A stretch of 64,000 nucleotides of DNA from Chloroflexota bacterium (GTDB lineage: Bacteria; Chloroflexota; Limnocylindria; Limnocylindrales; CSP1-4), in assembly GCA_003141955.1 (NCBI GenBank), contig PLOC01000003.1, positions 462 to 64,461 of the forward strand. The letters run 5' to 3'. Position 1 is the first letter of the stretch, and each line of letters begins with the position of its first letter. Both the position numbers and the translations under genes were made by a program. The notes below the pieces were generated by a model that searched no databases, was not told the origin of the DNA, and saw only the letters and a list, made by a program, of their open reading frames with translations. Below are positions 1 to 11,850 of this stretch, in pieces.

Positions 1-210
1 GCGGCCGGCATTCACAGGCTCGTCGATGAACGAGACCGGCTCGCGCCGCTTCCCGTCCGGCGTGAAGCGCCAGTCGAAGAAGAGCGCGTCGGCCAGGTTG
101 GCCTTGTCGGTGATCTTGAGGAAGCGGGCCGGGCAGATCTGGTCCGTGTCGATGTTGGCGCGGGGGATCGAGATCACGCGGCTGGTGACTCTTGCGAAGG
201 GCTCGGACAT
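1..210 (-). CDS. leuD: 3-isopropylmalate dehydratase small subunit (partial, runs off window edge)
   Basis: Manual translation from ATG at 210 gives MSEPFARVTSRVISIPRANIDTDQICPARFLK, containing the LeuD NIDTDQI motif; lies directly downstream of leuC. Confidence 0.95.
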   Translation of the reverse strand, partial: MSEPFARVTSRVISIPRANIDTDQICPARFLKITDKANLADALFFDWRFTPDGKRREPVSFIDEPVNAGR

Positions 211-211
211 G

Positions 212-1651
<1,440 letters not shown>

Positions 1652-2130
1652 GTTTCCACTCGCGTTCGATTGTCCCGCCTCACAGCGGACGGGGCCATCG
1701 AGGTTACCAGATGAAGGCAAACGGGCGCCGGGCGGCTTTCGTCGGGCGGCCGCCGGCCGAGTTCGCGGGTCGCCCCAGCCGCGCGAAGCTCCTCAACACT
1801 CATGGAGGGAGTGGTAAGTGGAGCTGAGCGGCCGGCCGTTGCCATCCCGAGGGTCGCCGTGGGCGTCGATTGACCGTTCGCAGCTAACAGCCGCCCCTCA
1901 GGGGCCGAATCCGTATGGCTGAGCGGCCGCGGATCGACCCGCGGCCTCGCCAGCCGCACTTTGCACTCTCTCCATGCGTAATGGGGAATTCCCGGCCGGC
2001 CCCGGCCATTCGGGGCCGCTCTCGGGAGCGAGCGGGCCGTTCGAGCCGGTCCGAGCCGCTCGCCCGGCTCGGCGCGGCCGCCCGCGTGCCCGCGTGCCCA
2101 CTCCGCCGCCCACTCCGCTCGCGCCGCGGG

Positions 2131-4671
2131 CTACTCCAGCTCGAGCGACGCCCGCAGGCGGATGTCGCGCGACGAGGCGCCGACCTGGATCTCGAACCGG
2201 CCGGGCTCGATGCGCCAGCCGCCGCCGGCTTCGTCCCAGTAGGCAAGGTCGCGATCCTGGAGGGCGAAGACGACGTCGATGCTCTCGCCCGGCGCCAGGT
2301 GCACTGCGGTGAAGCCCTTCAGCTCGCGCGGCGGACGCCGGACCGACGACTCCAGGTCGGCCACGTAGACCTGGACGACTTCCTTGCCGGGGCGGCCACC
2401 CACGTTGCGCAGCCGAACCTTCAGCTGGGCCGAGTCGCCCGGGGGCAGGCCGTCGGCCGTGACCTCCAGCGACTCGAACTCGATGCGGGTGTAGCCCAGG
2501 CCATGGCCGAAGCAGAACCTCGGCTCGATCCCCGCGGCGTCGAAGTGGCGGTAGCCAAGGTTGACGCCCTCCGCGTAGACCAGTCTTTCTTCCGCGCCCG
2601 GCGTGGTGCTGAGCGCGGGGTAGTCGCACTCGCGGGCGGCGATCGTGAAGGGCAGGCGGCCACCCGGCTCCGACTTGCCGAGCAGGACGTCGGCCAGGGC
2701 GTTGCCGAACTCCTGGCCCGGCAGCCACGCGTACAGGACGGCGGCCACGCGATCCGCCCAGGGCAGGTCCATCGGGCAGCCGGCGTTGACGACGACGATG
2801 GTCCTCGGATTGGCCGCGGCCACGCGCTCCACGAGCTCGTTCTGGCGGCCGGGCAGCGTGACGGTCCTGCGGTCGCGGCCCTCGGATTCCCAGGCCTCGT
2901 CGTTGCCGACGACGATGATTGCCACGTCGGCCGAGGCGGCCGCGGCGGCGGCCCGAGCCAGCTGATCGCCTGCCTGAGGGGAGCGGCAGCCGATGTTCAG
3001 CTGACACGGGGAATGAGTCGCCGAATGGAGCTCGGCCGCGACCAGGACCGGCTCGCCGGCCCGAAGCTCGAACGTCCCGCCATCCTGGCTGCCTTCGAAC
3101 AGGGCCGTTGGGATGTCGGCCGCGGGCCGGGCGTCCCACAGGTCGGCCGCCACTGCGCCACCCACGAGCAGCCGCCGGCCGCCGAAGCCGCGCAGCTCGA
3201 TGTCATGCGGGCCGCTCTCAGCCGGGGTGAGCCAGCCCGACAGGCGCACGGCGAAGTCGTCCGCCTGGACGCCCTGGGGCAGGTCGCCGAATACGTGCAG
3301 CTCGCTCGAGTCGACATGCCATCTGGCGACCGGCTCGCCGGTCGGCTCCTGACCTCGGAAGAACTCGACGGTCAGGCCGGGCTGGCCGTGGAGGTCTCGC
3401 ACAGCCATTGCGGTCAGGGGCGGCAGAAACAGGTCGATACGGCAGCCCGGTTCGTGGACGATCTCCACTCCCGGAAGCGCGGCCCGAAGCCCCTCGATCG
3501 GGGTGACAGTGGGCGGGGCGGCGATGTGCGCGGCTCCGCCTCCCTGCGCGCAGGGCTTTGCCGCATTGGGCCCGATGACCGCCACCGTGCGGATGCCGGC
3601 CGGCGCGAGCGGCAGAATGCCGTCGTTGGCCAGCAGCACGAACGACTCGGCTGCGGCGCGGCGAACCAGCGCGGAAGCCGCCGCGTCGGAGAGGTGCCAG
3701 GGCTTCGCGGGATCGAGCGGCGTGCCGCCGTCGGCGCCTGGCCCGGCGGTCGCGCCCTCGGCGCCCTCGACCCGATTCGCGGCCAGCGCTCCGACGCGCG
3801 CCGCGAGAAGCAGCATCCGGCGCGCCTTGTCGTCCAGGACCGCTTCGCTCACCTCGCCCCGCCGAACCGCCCCGGCCAGCACCGCGCCGAAGAAGTGGGG
3901 GGGCCCGGGCATCTCCAGGTCTAGCCCGGCCACGGCCCCGGCCACCGTGTCATCGGCAGCGTGCCAGTCGGACATCAGCACGCCGTCCCAACCCCACTCG
4001 CCCTTGAGGATCTCGCCGACGAGATGATCCTGGTCCACGCAGTGGATTCCGTTCACGAGGTTGTAGGCGGCCATGATCGACCACGCCCCGGCGTTCACGG
4101 CGGCCTCGAACGGGACCAGGTAGACCTCGCGCAGAGTCCTCTCGTCGACCCGGCAGTCGACCGAAGTTCGATGGGTCTCTGACTCGTTGGCGACGTAGTG
4201 CTTGGGCGTGGCGGCCACCCCGGTCGACTGCATCCCCTCGACGTAGGCCGCGCCGAGCATGGCGGCCAGAACCGGGTCCTCGGAGTAGGCCTCGAAGTCC
4301 CGACCGCCCAGCGGTGAGCGGACCAGGTTGAGCACCGGCCCGAGCATGTAGTGGACGCCGGCTGACTTCGCCTCCGCGCCGATCCTGGCGGCGACCTCCC
4401 GCACCAGATCCACGTCCCAGGACGCGCCGAGGGCGGCGCCGCAGGGCGTGCAGGTGGCGGTCGAGCCGGCCGGGAAGGTCATGCCGCGGACGCCGTTCGG
4501 GCCGTCCAGCGTGACCATCGGCTCCAGGCCGATCGAGGGCGCGCCGGCGGCGTGCCAGGCGTCGATCCCGGCCGTTAGCCCAGCCTTTTCCTCGATGCCG
4601 AGGGCCCGGAGGAGCTCGTCCAGTCGTTCGGGGCTGATCGGTCTATGGGGGGCGGAGCGGTCGACCTGCAT
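2131..4671 (-). CDS. GH3 beta-glucosidase with PA14 and Fn3-like domains
   Basis: DGPNGVRG, PLGGRDFEAYSEDP, KHYVAN, MSDW nucleophile, ESEGRDR, FGHGLGY; no signal peptide seen. Confidence 0.93.
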   Translation of the reverse strand: MQVDRSAPHRPISPERLDELLRALGIEEKAGLTAGIDAWHAAGAPSIGLEPMVTLDGPNGVRGMTFPAGSTATCTPCGAALGASWDVDLVREVAARIGAEAKSAGVHYMLGPVLNLVRSPLGGRDFEAYSEDPVLAAMLGAAYVEGMQSTGVAATPKHYVANESETHRTSVDCRVDERTLREVYLVPFEAAVNAGAWSIMAAYNLVNGIHCVDQDHLVGEILKGEWGWDGVLMSDWHAADDTVAGAVAGLDLEMPGPPHFFGAVLAGAVRRGEVSEAVLDDKARRMLLLAARVGALAANRVEGAEGATAGPGADGGTPLDPAKPWHLSDAAASALVRRAAAESFVLLANDGILPLAPAGIRTVAVIGPNAAKPCAQGGGAAHIAAPPTVTPIEGLRAALPGVEIVHEPGCRIDLFLPPLTAMAVRDLHGQPGLTVEFFRGQEPTGEPVARWHVDSSELHVFGDLPQGVQADDFAVRLSGWLTPAESGPHDIELRGFGGRRLLVGGAVAADLWDARPAADIPTALFEGSQDGGTFELRAGEPVLVAAELHSATHSPCQLNIGCRSPQAGDQLARAAAAAASADVAIIVVGNDEAWESEGRDRRTVTLPGRQNELVERVAAANPRTIVVVNAGCPMDLPWADRVAAVLYAWLPGQEFGNALADVLLGKSEPGGRLPFTIAARECDYPALSTTPGAEERLVYAEGVNLGYRHFDAAGIEPRFCFGHGLGYTRIEFESLEVTADGLPPGDSAQLKVRLRNVGGRPGKEVVQVYVADLESSVRRPPRELKGFTAVHLAPGESIDVVFALQDRDLAYWDEAGGGWRIEPGRFEIQVGASSRDIRLRASLELE

Positions 4672-4793
4672 GTCGTGTCCTTCTGGGGGCGATGGCGCCT
4701 GAAATCGTAGCCCAGCCGCGGAAGGGGTGGTCGTCGCAGCGGTCGTGGCCTACCCTTGTTCGGCGTCCAGCGCAGCCGGGAAAGGGGCAGGGC

Positions 4794-5504
4794 ATGGCGA
4801 CCACGAAGAAGGGTGAGGACAACGGTCGAGCTGGCGGAGGAATCCCGGCTTCGAACGCGGGCGGCGCCTGGGGCCAGGGCCTGCCCGCCTACCCGGACTG
4901 GCTCCAGCCCTACCTGCCAGCGATGCACGACGGCTTCAACGGGTTCAACAGGTACGTCAGCGTGCCGGCCCTGAAAGCCGGCATGGGCAGGTTCGTGTCG
5001 AACCCGCTGACGGGCTACCTGATGATCCTGCGGACCCGCGGCCGTAGGAGCGGCGAGATGCGCGACGCCCCGCTCGGCTACATGATCGTCGGCGACGCTG
5101 TGTACGCCATGGCTGGCTTCGGTCGGGAGGCCCACTGGTTCAAGAACATCCAGGCGGACCCCCGGGTCGAGGTCATCCTCCCCGGTCGCGCCTTCTCGGG
5201 CACGGCCGAAGAGGTCACGGACACGGCCGAACGCCTGGCCGTCCTGCCTCCTCTTCTGCGCAGCATGGGCGGAGGCGCTGCGGCGATGGGCATGGGCAAT
5301 GTCTGGCAGATGACGCCTGAGGAGATCTCGGCCAGGTTCGACGGCCTGCCTCTGGTCCGGGTGCGGGCCACCGGCATCGCTGCGGGCCCCGAGGATCCGG
5401 GCGGCTGGTTCTGGGTCGTGCCCATCCTGTTCACGGGCTGGTGGCTGGTGCGATGGATACGAGGCCGCGGGCGCGCGCACAAAGCCCGGCGGGCGGACCG
5501 TTGA
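4794..5504 (+). CDS. Ddn-like deazaflavin (F420)-dependent oxidoreductase with C-terminal membrane anchor
   Basis: LRTRGRRSGEMRDAPL and WFKNIQADPRVEV are typical split-barrel Ddn motifs; hydrophobic Trp-rich tail. Confidence 0.75.
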   Translation: MATTKKGEDNGRAGGGIPASNAGGAWGQGLPAYPDWLQPYLPAMHDGFNGFNRYVSVPALKAGMGRFVSNPLTGYLMILRTRGRRSGEMRDAPLGYMIVGDAVYAMAGFGREAHWFKNIQADPRVEVILPGRAFSGTAEEVTDTAERLAVLPPLLRSMGGGAAAMGMGNVWQMTPEEISARFDGLPLVRVRATGIAAGPEDPGGWFWVVPILFTGWWLVRWIRGRGRAHKARRADR

Positions 5505-6862
5505 CCGGGCCCGGCGGGACGTCTAGCGCGGACGGCGAGCCGTCGAGCCGACGCGGCCCCGCGCAACCCGGAGCCGGCGTCTTTGGCGCCGATCCGGCTC
5601 GTCGCCTCTTTGCCCGGGTCGCGTGCCTGGTCGTGGCTGTCATCGGCTGGGCCAACGTGGTGATCCTGGGGCGGGCGATGCTGTCGGCGTCGCCGCCCGA
5701 GGCTGGCTTCGACCTTCAACTCCTGCTCGACGCTGGCAAGCGCGTCGCAGCCGGCGGCTCACCGTACGACCCCAACGCGGTCGCGGCCGGGCTCCAGGCT
5801 CGCGACCTTTTCTTCTCATACCCGCCGGTCGTGGCGCAGATCTTGGCGCCGATCTCGGGTTTGCCGACGTGGCTCGTCCTGGCGGGCTGGTGCCTGGGCG
5901 CTGCAGCCGGGCTGGTCTTGATGGCTGCGCTCCTGCCGCGCTGGCCAATCGGCCGGCCCGCCCGGCCGATCGCCGACCTCTCTCTTGACACTGCGCTGCT
6001 CACACTCGCCGCGGCGCCGTTCTTCTTCCCGTTCGCGGTCGCGCTCCTGTTTGGCAACGTGGATGCCTGGTTCCCGTTCCTGTTCGGGGCGGTCGCGCTG
6101 ACCCTCGCGTCGGGTCGCGCCACTCCTTCGCGCCTGACGTCGGCGGCCGGAGGCGTGGCCCTTGCGGTCGCCTCTGCGGTGAAGCTGCACCCGGCCACGA
6201 TCGCCGTCTGGCTCGCTGCGGAACGACCGGCGCGGCCCGGCCTCCGTCGGCCCGGCCTCTTCGTCATCTGCGCGGCCGTCGCGGCGGGCGCGGCGATCCT
6301 GGCATTCAGCCTCGCCGTTGGCGGCGTTGGCCCCTGGCGCGAGTACATCGACTACCTTCGGGCGAGCGGAAATGCCGATCTGGCCTCGTCGGTGAACATC
6401 GGTCCGGCCAGCCAGCTTGCACTCCTGGCCGGCGACTCGAGTCTGGCTCGCCCGCTCGCGGTCGTTTTCGGCGTGATCGCGGTCGCCGCCACGCTCGCGT
6501 CCGCGAGGCTCTTGCGAGACCCGCTGGAGAGCTTCGGCTGGGCGGTCGTGGCCTCGCTTATCGTGCTGCCCGTGACCTGGTACCACTATCCCGTGGCGCT
6601 GGTACCGGTCGCGCTGGCGGCCTGGACTCGCAGCCGCGGAACGCCGCGCGGGCGCCGGGTCACCTGGGCGTTGATGGCGGCTCTTTTCGTGAGTGATGTC
6701 GCGATCGTGTTGCCGGTGGCGCTCTGGCTGGCCGTGGCGGTGCTGTTCGCCGCGGTTCGGTGGTCGCGCCCGCAACCGGGCCTCGAGCCTGCTCCGGACG
6801 CCGCACCGACGCCTCAGTCGGTTTCGGGCGAGGCGATCGCTCAGGTGCCGGTGCCCAGATGA
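5501..6862 (+). CDS. GT87/DUF2029 GT-C membrane glycosyltransferase
   Basis: GFDL, GGSPY, FSYPP, GNVD, VKLHP and WYHY in a multi-TM protein; TTG start overlaps the upstream stop. Confidence 0.8.
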   Translation: MTGPGGTSSADGEPSSRRGPAQPGAGVFGADPARRLFARVACLVVAVIGWANVVILGRAMLSASPPEAGFDLQLLLDAGKRVAAGGSPYDPNAVAAGLQARDLFFSYPPVVAQILAPISGLPTWLVLAGWCLGAAAGLVLMAALLPRWPIGRPARPIADLSLDTALLTLAAAPFFFPFAVALLFGNVDAWFPFLFGAVALTLASGRATPSRLTSAAGGVALAVASAVKLHPATIAVWLAAERPARPGLRRPGLFVICAAVAAGAAILAFSLAVGGVGPWREYIDYLRASGNADLASSVNIGPASQLALLAGDSSLARPLAVVFGVIAVAATLASARLLRDPLESFGWAVVASLIVLPVTWYHYPVALVPVALAAWTRSRGTPRGRRVTWALMAALFVSDVAIVLPVALWLAVAVLFAAVRWSRPQPGLEPAPDAAPTPQSVSGEAIAQVPVPR

Positions 6863-7920
6863 GCATGTCCCGATCCGTCCGGGGGCACGGTGGGAGTTGG
6901 TCCGCAGACCTCATCGCGAGTCGCGTCGGTCGCCTGGTCCGGAGGGCGCTTGCCGAACCGCCGAGTCCACCGCTGCCTGGCGCCTCTCTGGAGCCCGGAT
7001 TCCGGCGTCGCTGGCTGGGGTTCTTCCTGCCCGGCGCGTTCATCCTGTTTTGGGTGATGACCTTCGCCGTCGGCTTCAACTCGCAAATAGTGGGCTTTGA
7101 CGCTCGCATCTACTACGACGGCTCGGCTGCCTGGCTGGCCGGCGGGAACCCGTGGACAACGGGCGCGCTCCTGGACGGACATCTGTTCAGCTATGCGGGC
7201 TTGCCCCCGACGGCGATCCTGCTTGCCCCGATGACGCTACTGCCTGAGGAAGCGTTCCTCTGGCTGTGGCTGGTTTTGTCAGTCGTGGCGGCGATCGTGA
7301 TCGTTCGAGCCCTTCGCTTGCCGGTCATCTGGGTTGTCTACCCGCCTTTGGCTATGGGCTTCATGTCGGCCAATCCGAATGTCGTTGTCGTAGCGCTCCT
7401 GCTTGCCGGCGCAACATGGGGCGGGGCTCTGGCCTCGGTAATCAAGATCGTCGCGATCCCGCCGCTCGTCGGCGAGCGCCGCTGGCGGGCGCTCCTGCTG
7501 GCGGCCACGGTCATGGGCGCATCGGCGATTCTGCTTCCAGGGCTGTGGTGGTCCTTCCTGCATCAGGCCGGGACGGTCCAGAACGCCATCAATGCCGAGT
7601 CCAGCGGCGGTTTCAGTGCCTGGGGCAAGCCGTATCTGCTCATCCCCACGGTCATCTCGCTCGGCGTCCTGGCGTTGCTCGACGTGCGGGCCGCTGCCTG
7701 GCTGGTCGTCCCGGCTCTGTTTCCGACGGCGCAGTACCACTACGCGATGTTCGCCCTTCCGGTCGACCCGTTCCTCGCCGCCTCCATGGCCTTTCCGATG
7801 TACTGGATGCCCCCACTCGCGACCATCGGCTACACGGCCGTGCGAATCGGCATCGTCGCGTGGCGGAGCTCAGGGCGTGCGAGCCCCCACCGTCCCGAGG
7901 CGCTCGGCAACTCCGAATAG
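6859..7920 (+). CDS. GT87-like membrane glycosyltransferase
   Basis: GFDARIY, GGNPW, YAGLPP, ANPN and IKI motifs; multi-TM; ATGA overlap with the upstream gene. Confidence 0.7.
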   Translation: MSMSRSVRGHGGSWSADLIASRVGRLVRRALAEPPSPPLPGASLEPGFRRRWLGFFLPGAFILFWVMTFAVGFNSQIVGFDARIYYDGSAAWLAGGNPWTTGALLDGHLFSYAGLPPTAILLAPMTLLPEEAFLWLWLVLSVVAAIVIVRALRLPVIWVVYPPLAMGFMSANPNVVVVALLLAGATWGGALASVIKIVAIPPLVGERRWRALLLAATVMGASAILLPGLWWSFLHQAGTVQNAINAESSGGFSAWGKPYLLIPTVISLGVLALLDVRAAAWLVVPALFPTAQYHYAMFALPVDPFLAASMAFPMYWMPPLATIGYTAVRIGIVAWRSSGRASPHRPEALGNSE

Positions 7921-8079
7921 GGTCGTGCGTCCGAATTCTCGGACTGCCGCCGCGAGAGGCCCAGGGTAACCGCCGAATCGGCGAGCTCCGCGCGGCCGAC
8001 CTACAATCCGACTCGCCGTCCCGCCAGAACGCCCGGCGGCGCGCCCGGTCGGGCGCCAGGAAGCCAGCAGGGAAGCCAG

Positions 8080-10932
8080 ATGTTCGATCGACTCGGCCGG
8101 CTCGTGCTCAAGCTCCGATTCGTGTTGGTCGCCGCATGGGTGGTTGGCGCGATAGCGTTCGGAGCCCTGGGCCCTTCGCTGGCGCAGGTTGGGTCGGCCG
8201 ACGAAACCAGCTTCCTGCCCAAGAACGCGGAGTCGCTGGCTGCGCTCAACGTCCTCGCGGCCGCCTTTCCGAGCGACTCGGCGCCGTCGACGGCGCTGAT
8301 CGTCTTCTCCCGCCAGAGCGGCCTGACCGACGCGGACCGCGCCGCCATCGAAGGCCTGAGCGCCTGGTTCGAAGGGACGAGTCGCCCGGCGGCCGTCCTG
8401 CGCTACGTCACCGCCGAGGGTACTCCCAGCCTGGCCACGATGTTCCGAAGCACGGATGGCGTGGTCGAGCTGGCCGAGGTGGAGTTCGACTCGCCCTCGT
8501 TCCTGCCGCGGACCAACACCGCGATCGACGCCACACGGGCTCATCTCGCCGCGCCGGGCGTGCTGCCGGCCGGGCTCGTGGCCCAGGTCAGCGGCCAGGC
8601 CGGGATCGGCCGCGACTATCTGGGCGCCATCCAGCAGGGCACGAATAGCACGACCCTGGTCACGATCGTGCTCGTCGTCGTGGTGCTGCTGCTCATCTAC
8701 CGCGCGCCGCTGGCGGCCCTGGTGCCGCTGGCCACGATCGGCTGCGCCTTCCTGGTCTCGCGCGGCCTCCTCGGCTTCCTGGCCCAGGGCGGCTGGCAGC
8801 TCTCCTCCGTCCTCGACTCGTTTATCGTCGTGCTCGTCTTCGGCGTCGGCACGGACTACACGATCTTTCTGATATCACGATTCAGAGAGGAGCTGGGCCG
8901 CAACAGCCACGACGACGCGGTCCGCGTCACCGTGAGCCGTATCGGCGCCGTCATCGCCGCCTCAGCGGCGACCGTCATCGTCGGCCTGAGCTCCATGATC
9001 GTCGCCAGCTTCGGCATGATCCAGACGACCGGCCCGGCCCTGGCCATCACGATCTTCATCACGCTCCTGGCCGGCCTGACCCTCACGCCGTCGCTGCTGG
9101 CGATCTTCGGCCGGCGGCTCTTCTGGCCGCTCCACGAGCAGACCAGGACTGCCGGCTCGGACGACAAGGGTTTCTGGGCGGCGGTCGCCCGGCGGATCAC
9201 GGACCGCCCGGGGCTGCTGGCTACGATCGTCCTGGTCGCGCTGGCGGCGCCACTTCTGGCGCTGCCCCAGCTCAAGCAGAACTTCGACGTGTTGCAGGAG
9301 CTGCCCAGCAACGCTGAATCGCGGATGGGTTTCGAGATCCTGAGCCAGCACATGGCCGAGGGCCAGTTGATGCCGGTCAACGTGCTGGTCGAGGTGCCGG
9401 GTGGGAATCTGGCCAGTCCCGCGGAACTGACCCTCATCGGGCAGCTGGAGCAGAAGATCGCGGCGGCGCCGGACATCCAGTCGGTGAGCAGCGTCGTCGA
9501 CCCGACGGGCCAGGGCAAGGTTTCGGACACCCTGAAGCCCGCGGTCCAGCTGGCCTCCATGGCGCAGGCCTTCGCGCAGCCGCCGAGCACGGACCTCAAC
9601 GTCCAGCTGAGCGACGCCTCTCTGGCGGGGATCGAGTCCACGGTCTCGTACGTTGGCGGGTTGGCCGGGGCTTATCCAAACGTGGCAGGCACGACCCTCA
9701 CCGCCGCCGAGGCGGATCTGGCCACTCTCCAGCAGAGCGTTGTGAACGGGCGCAGCCAGGCCAACGCGGCCAACCAGCTCGGCGCACTTGCCGATCAGCT
9801 GCAGGCAGCCGCCACGTCCGGCTCGTCCGCCTCGTCCGGCGACGTGGCCACGCAGCTGGCTCAGCTGAACACGTACCTGAACGAGCTCGGCGCGGCCGAC
9901 CCGGCCCTGACCTCGACCGCTGCGTTCAAGGCGGCTGAGAGCGCCATCCCGCAGGTCGCTGCCACCCGCGATGCCGGGGCCTTCGTGACGCTCGTCTCGG
10001 CTTTCCGCCAGATGCAGACCTGGTTCGAGGCCCAACCGACCGTCTTCTACTTCAGCCCGACGACCACGACGCCGACGGCCGAACAGCTGGCCGCCCAGCA
10101 GGCTACGGCCGCTGCGCGTGTCCGTCTTCCCGATGAGTTGGGCCAGCTTGCCGCCGCGTTCGGCGCCGGCGACCTTTACGCGCCGCCCGATCTGGCGGCG
10201 GCCTATGTCTCCAGCGCCGGGAACGTGACCCAGCTGTACGTAACCACCACGACCAACCCGTACGACACGGCCTCCTTCGACGCCGTTCGCTCGCTGCGGA
10301 CGCTGATGGCCGGCCAGGCGGCCAGTTTCGGGCCGGGGGCCACGACGTACGTGGGCGGCGTGACCGCCGAGTATGCGGACGTGCAATCGACGATTTCGTC
10401 CGACTTCCTGCGCGTGGCCGTGATCACGATTGTGGGCATCCTGATCGTCCTCATCCTGCTCCTGCGGGCCTTCGCCGCACCCGCGTACCTGGTTCTGACC
10501 GTGCTGCTTTCGTACTCGGCCAGCCTGAGCCTGTCGGCGTTCCTAATTCAGACCGTGTTCGGCCAGCCGGGGATCAACTACTTCATACCGCTCATGGTTT
10601 TCGTCCTCCTGGTGGCTCTCGGCTCCGACTACAACATCTTCCTGATGTCGCGGGTCCGGGAGGAAAGCGCCGCTCGGCCGCTGCGGCAGGGGATACGCGC
10701 GGCCTCCGCCCGCACCGGCACGGTCATCACCTCGGCCGGCCTGATCCTGGCCGGAACGTTCGGGGCGCTGATCACGTCGCCGCTCCAGCTGCTCTTCCAG
10801 GTCGGGGTCACGGTCGGGCTGGGCGTGCTGATCGACACCTTCATCGTCCGAAGCCTGCTGGTCCCGGCCATCACCGCCTTCATCGGGGAGTGGGCCTGGT
10901 GGCCGTTCCACCGGCGAGGGGCCGGACAGTAA
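8080..10932 (+). CDS. MmpL-family RND transporter
   Basis: Two TM repeats with GVGTDY..FLISRFREE and LGSDYNIFLMSRVREE; IDTFIVRSLLVPA. Confidence 0.93.
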   Translation: MFDRLGRLVLKLRFVLVAAWVVGAIAFGALGPSLAQVGSADETSFLPKNAESLAALNVLAAAFPSDSAPSTALIVFSRQSGLTDADRAAIEGLSAWFEGTSRPAAVLRYVTAEGTPSLATMFRSTDGVVELAEVEFDSPSFLPRTNTAIDATRAHLAAPGVLPAGLVAQVSGQAGIGRDYLGAIQQGTNSTTLVTIVLVVVVLLLIYRAPLAALVPLATIGCAFLVSRGLLGFLAQGGWQLSSVLDSFIVVLVFGVGTDYTIFLISRFREELGRNSHDDAVRVTVSRIGAVIAASAATVIVGLSSMIVASFGMIQTTGPALAITIFITLLAGLTLTPSLLAIFGRRLFWPLHEQTRTAGSDDKGFWAAVARRITDRPGLLATIVLVALAAPLLALPQLKQNFDVLQELPSNAESRMGFEILSQHMAEGQLMPVNVLVEVPGGNLASPAELTLIGQLEQKIAAAPDIQSVSSVVDPTGQGKVSDTLKPAVQLASMAQAFAQPPSTDLNVQLSDASLAGIESTVSYVGGLAGAYPNVAGTTLTAAEADLATLQQSVVNGRSQANAANQLGALADQLQAAATSGSSASSGDVATQLAQLNTYLNELGAADPALTSTAAFKAAESAIPQVAATRDAGAFVTLVSAFRQMQTWFEAQPTVFYFSPTTTTPTAEQLAAQQATAAARVRLPDELGQLAAAFGAGDLYAPPDLAAAYVSSAGNVTQLYVTTTTNPYDTASFDAVRSLRTLMAGQAASFGPGATTYVGGVTAEYADVQSTISSDFLRVAVITIVGILIVLILLLRAFAAPAYLVLTVLLSYSASLSLSAFLIQTVFGQPGINYFIPLMVFVLLVALGSDYNIFLMSRVREESAARPLRQGIRAASARTGTVITSAGLILAGTFGALITSPLQLLFQVGVTVGLGVLIDTFIVRSLLVPAITAFIGEWAWWPFHRRGAGQ

Positions 10933-11510
10933 GAGGGCGCGCCGCGACTGCGAGGTGGACCAGCGCGGTCGATGCTGCCCAGCCGGTGGGCAGAACGCGC
11001 GAATGGGCGACTAACGGGGCCGATTGCCCATCAGGCGGGCATATGCGACAACCTCCGGTCGACGACTGGCTGATGGCGTCGGATCTGCCCGGAGCCTGGG
11101 GCAAGTTTCGACATCGGCGGGCGCCGACGGATTCCTCGGGAGTCGTTGCGATCGGAGTTGCCCTGTTGGTGGGCAGGATCGACCGGTGTGGCAAGCCTCC
11201 GCCGCCCTGCGTTGCCGACATGCCCACCAGGTGGGCACCTCAGTCCGCGTGAGCCCGAGATCCAGCACGTGCATGTCCATCCGGGCAGGATCGACGCGGT
11301 GGCGGTCCGGCGGCGACCGGCGGTGGCCGCCCTCCGCCGCGTCCCGCAGCCATGATCTGCTCCAGTCGCGCGTCCGGCGGGCGATACCTCCGGTACCATC
11401 GTCCCACGGTCCCATTACTGGCGCCGGGGACACGGGTTGACCTGTGCTGATACACTCGCCGAACACCGCTCCGCTATGAGTCGGTGTAGTCGCTGTTACG
11501 GAGAACCAGG

Positions 11511-11717
11511 TTGGGTCTGTTCAACAGCAGGAACCGCCGCCACGTCGCCATCCTCGTTCGGACGGATGGTCGTCGCGTGCAGGTCCCCACCGACAACCTC
11601 GGCCTGGTCGACGTGTCCCTCCTCGGTCTACTTCGCACCATCGAGTTCGGTATTGAGCGCGTATTCGTACTCATTACCGGCTCCCGGCGGGAGGCTGGAC
11701 GCAGGGACAAGCGCTGA
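11511..11717 (+). CDS. Putative ilv leader peptide (Val/Leu/Ile-rich)
   Basis: 68-codon TTG ORF rich in V/L/I (VAILV, LGLVDVSLLGLL, VFVLI) ending just before the terminator; true start uncertain. Confidence 0.65.
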   Translation: MGLFNSRNRRHVAILVRTDGRRVQVPTDNLGLVDVSLLGLLRTIEFGIERVFVLITGSRREAGRRDKR

Positions 11718-11767
11718 CGACGCAAGCCCGAACGACCAGAACCCTCGCCGGCAGGCGAGGGTTTTTT
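11677..11767 (+). promoter_or_regulatory. Transcription attenuator of the ilvB operon
   Basis: Pause hairpin ccggctccc-ggc-gggaggctgg; ccggcgggaggctgg can alternatively pair with ccagaaccctcgccgg (antiterminator). Confidence 0.8.
11740..11767 (+). terminator. Intrinsic terminator of the attenuator
   Basis: AACCCTCGCC-GGCA-GGCGAGGGTT followed by a T-run. Confidence 0.9.
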
Positions 11768-11850
11768 GATGGTCCAGACACACCAGGAACCGTAAGTCGA
11801 GAGCCGAGCACCGCAAGCAGACGAGTGCTAGCGAAAGGAAGGGCGAAGCG

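Noticed and set aside
10933..11470. Several overlapping Cys/Arg-rich ORFs between mmpL and the ilv leader
   Set aside because: No coherent motif, RBS or codon bias; left unannotated
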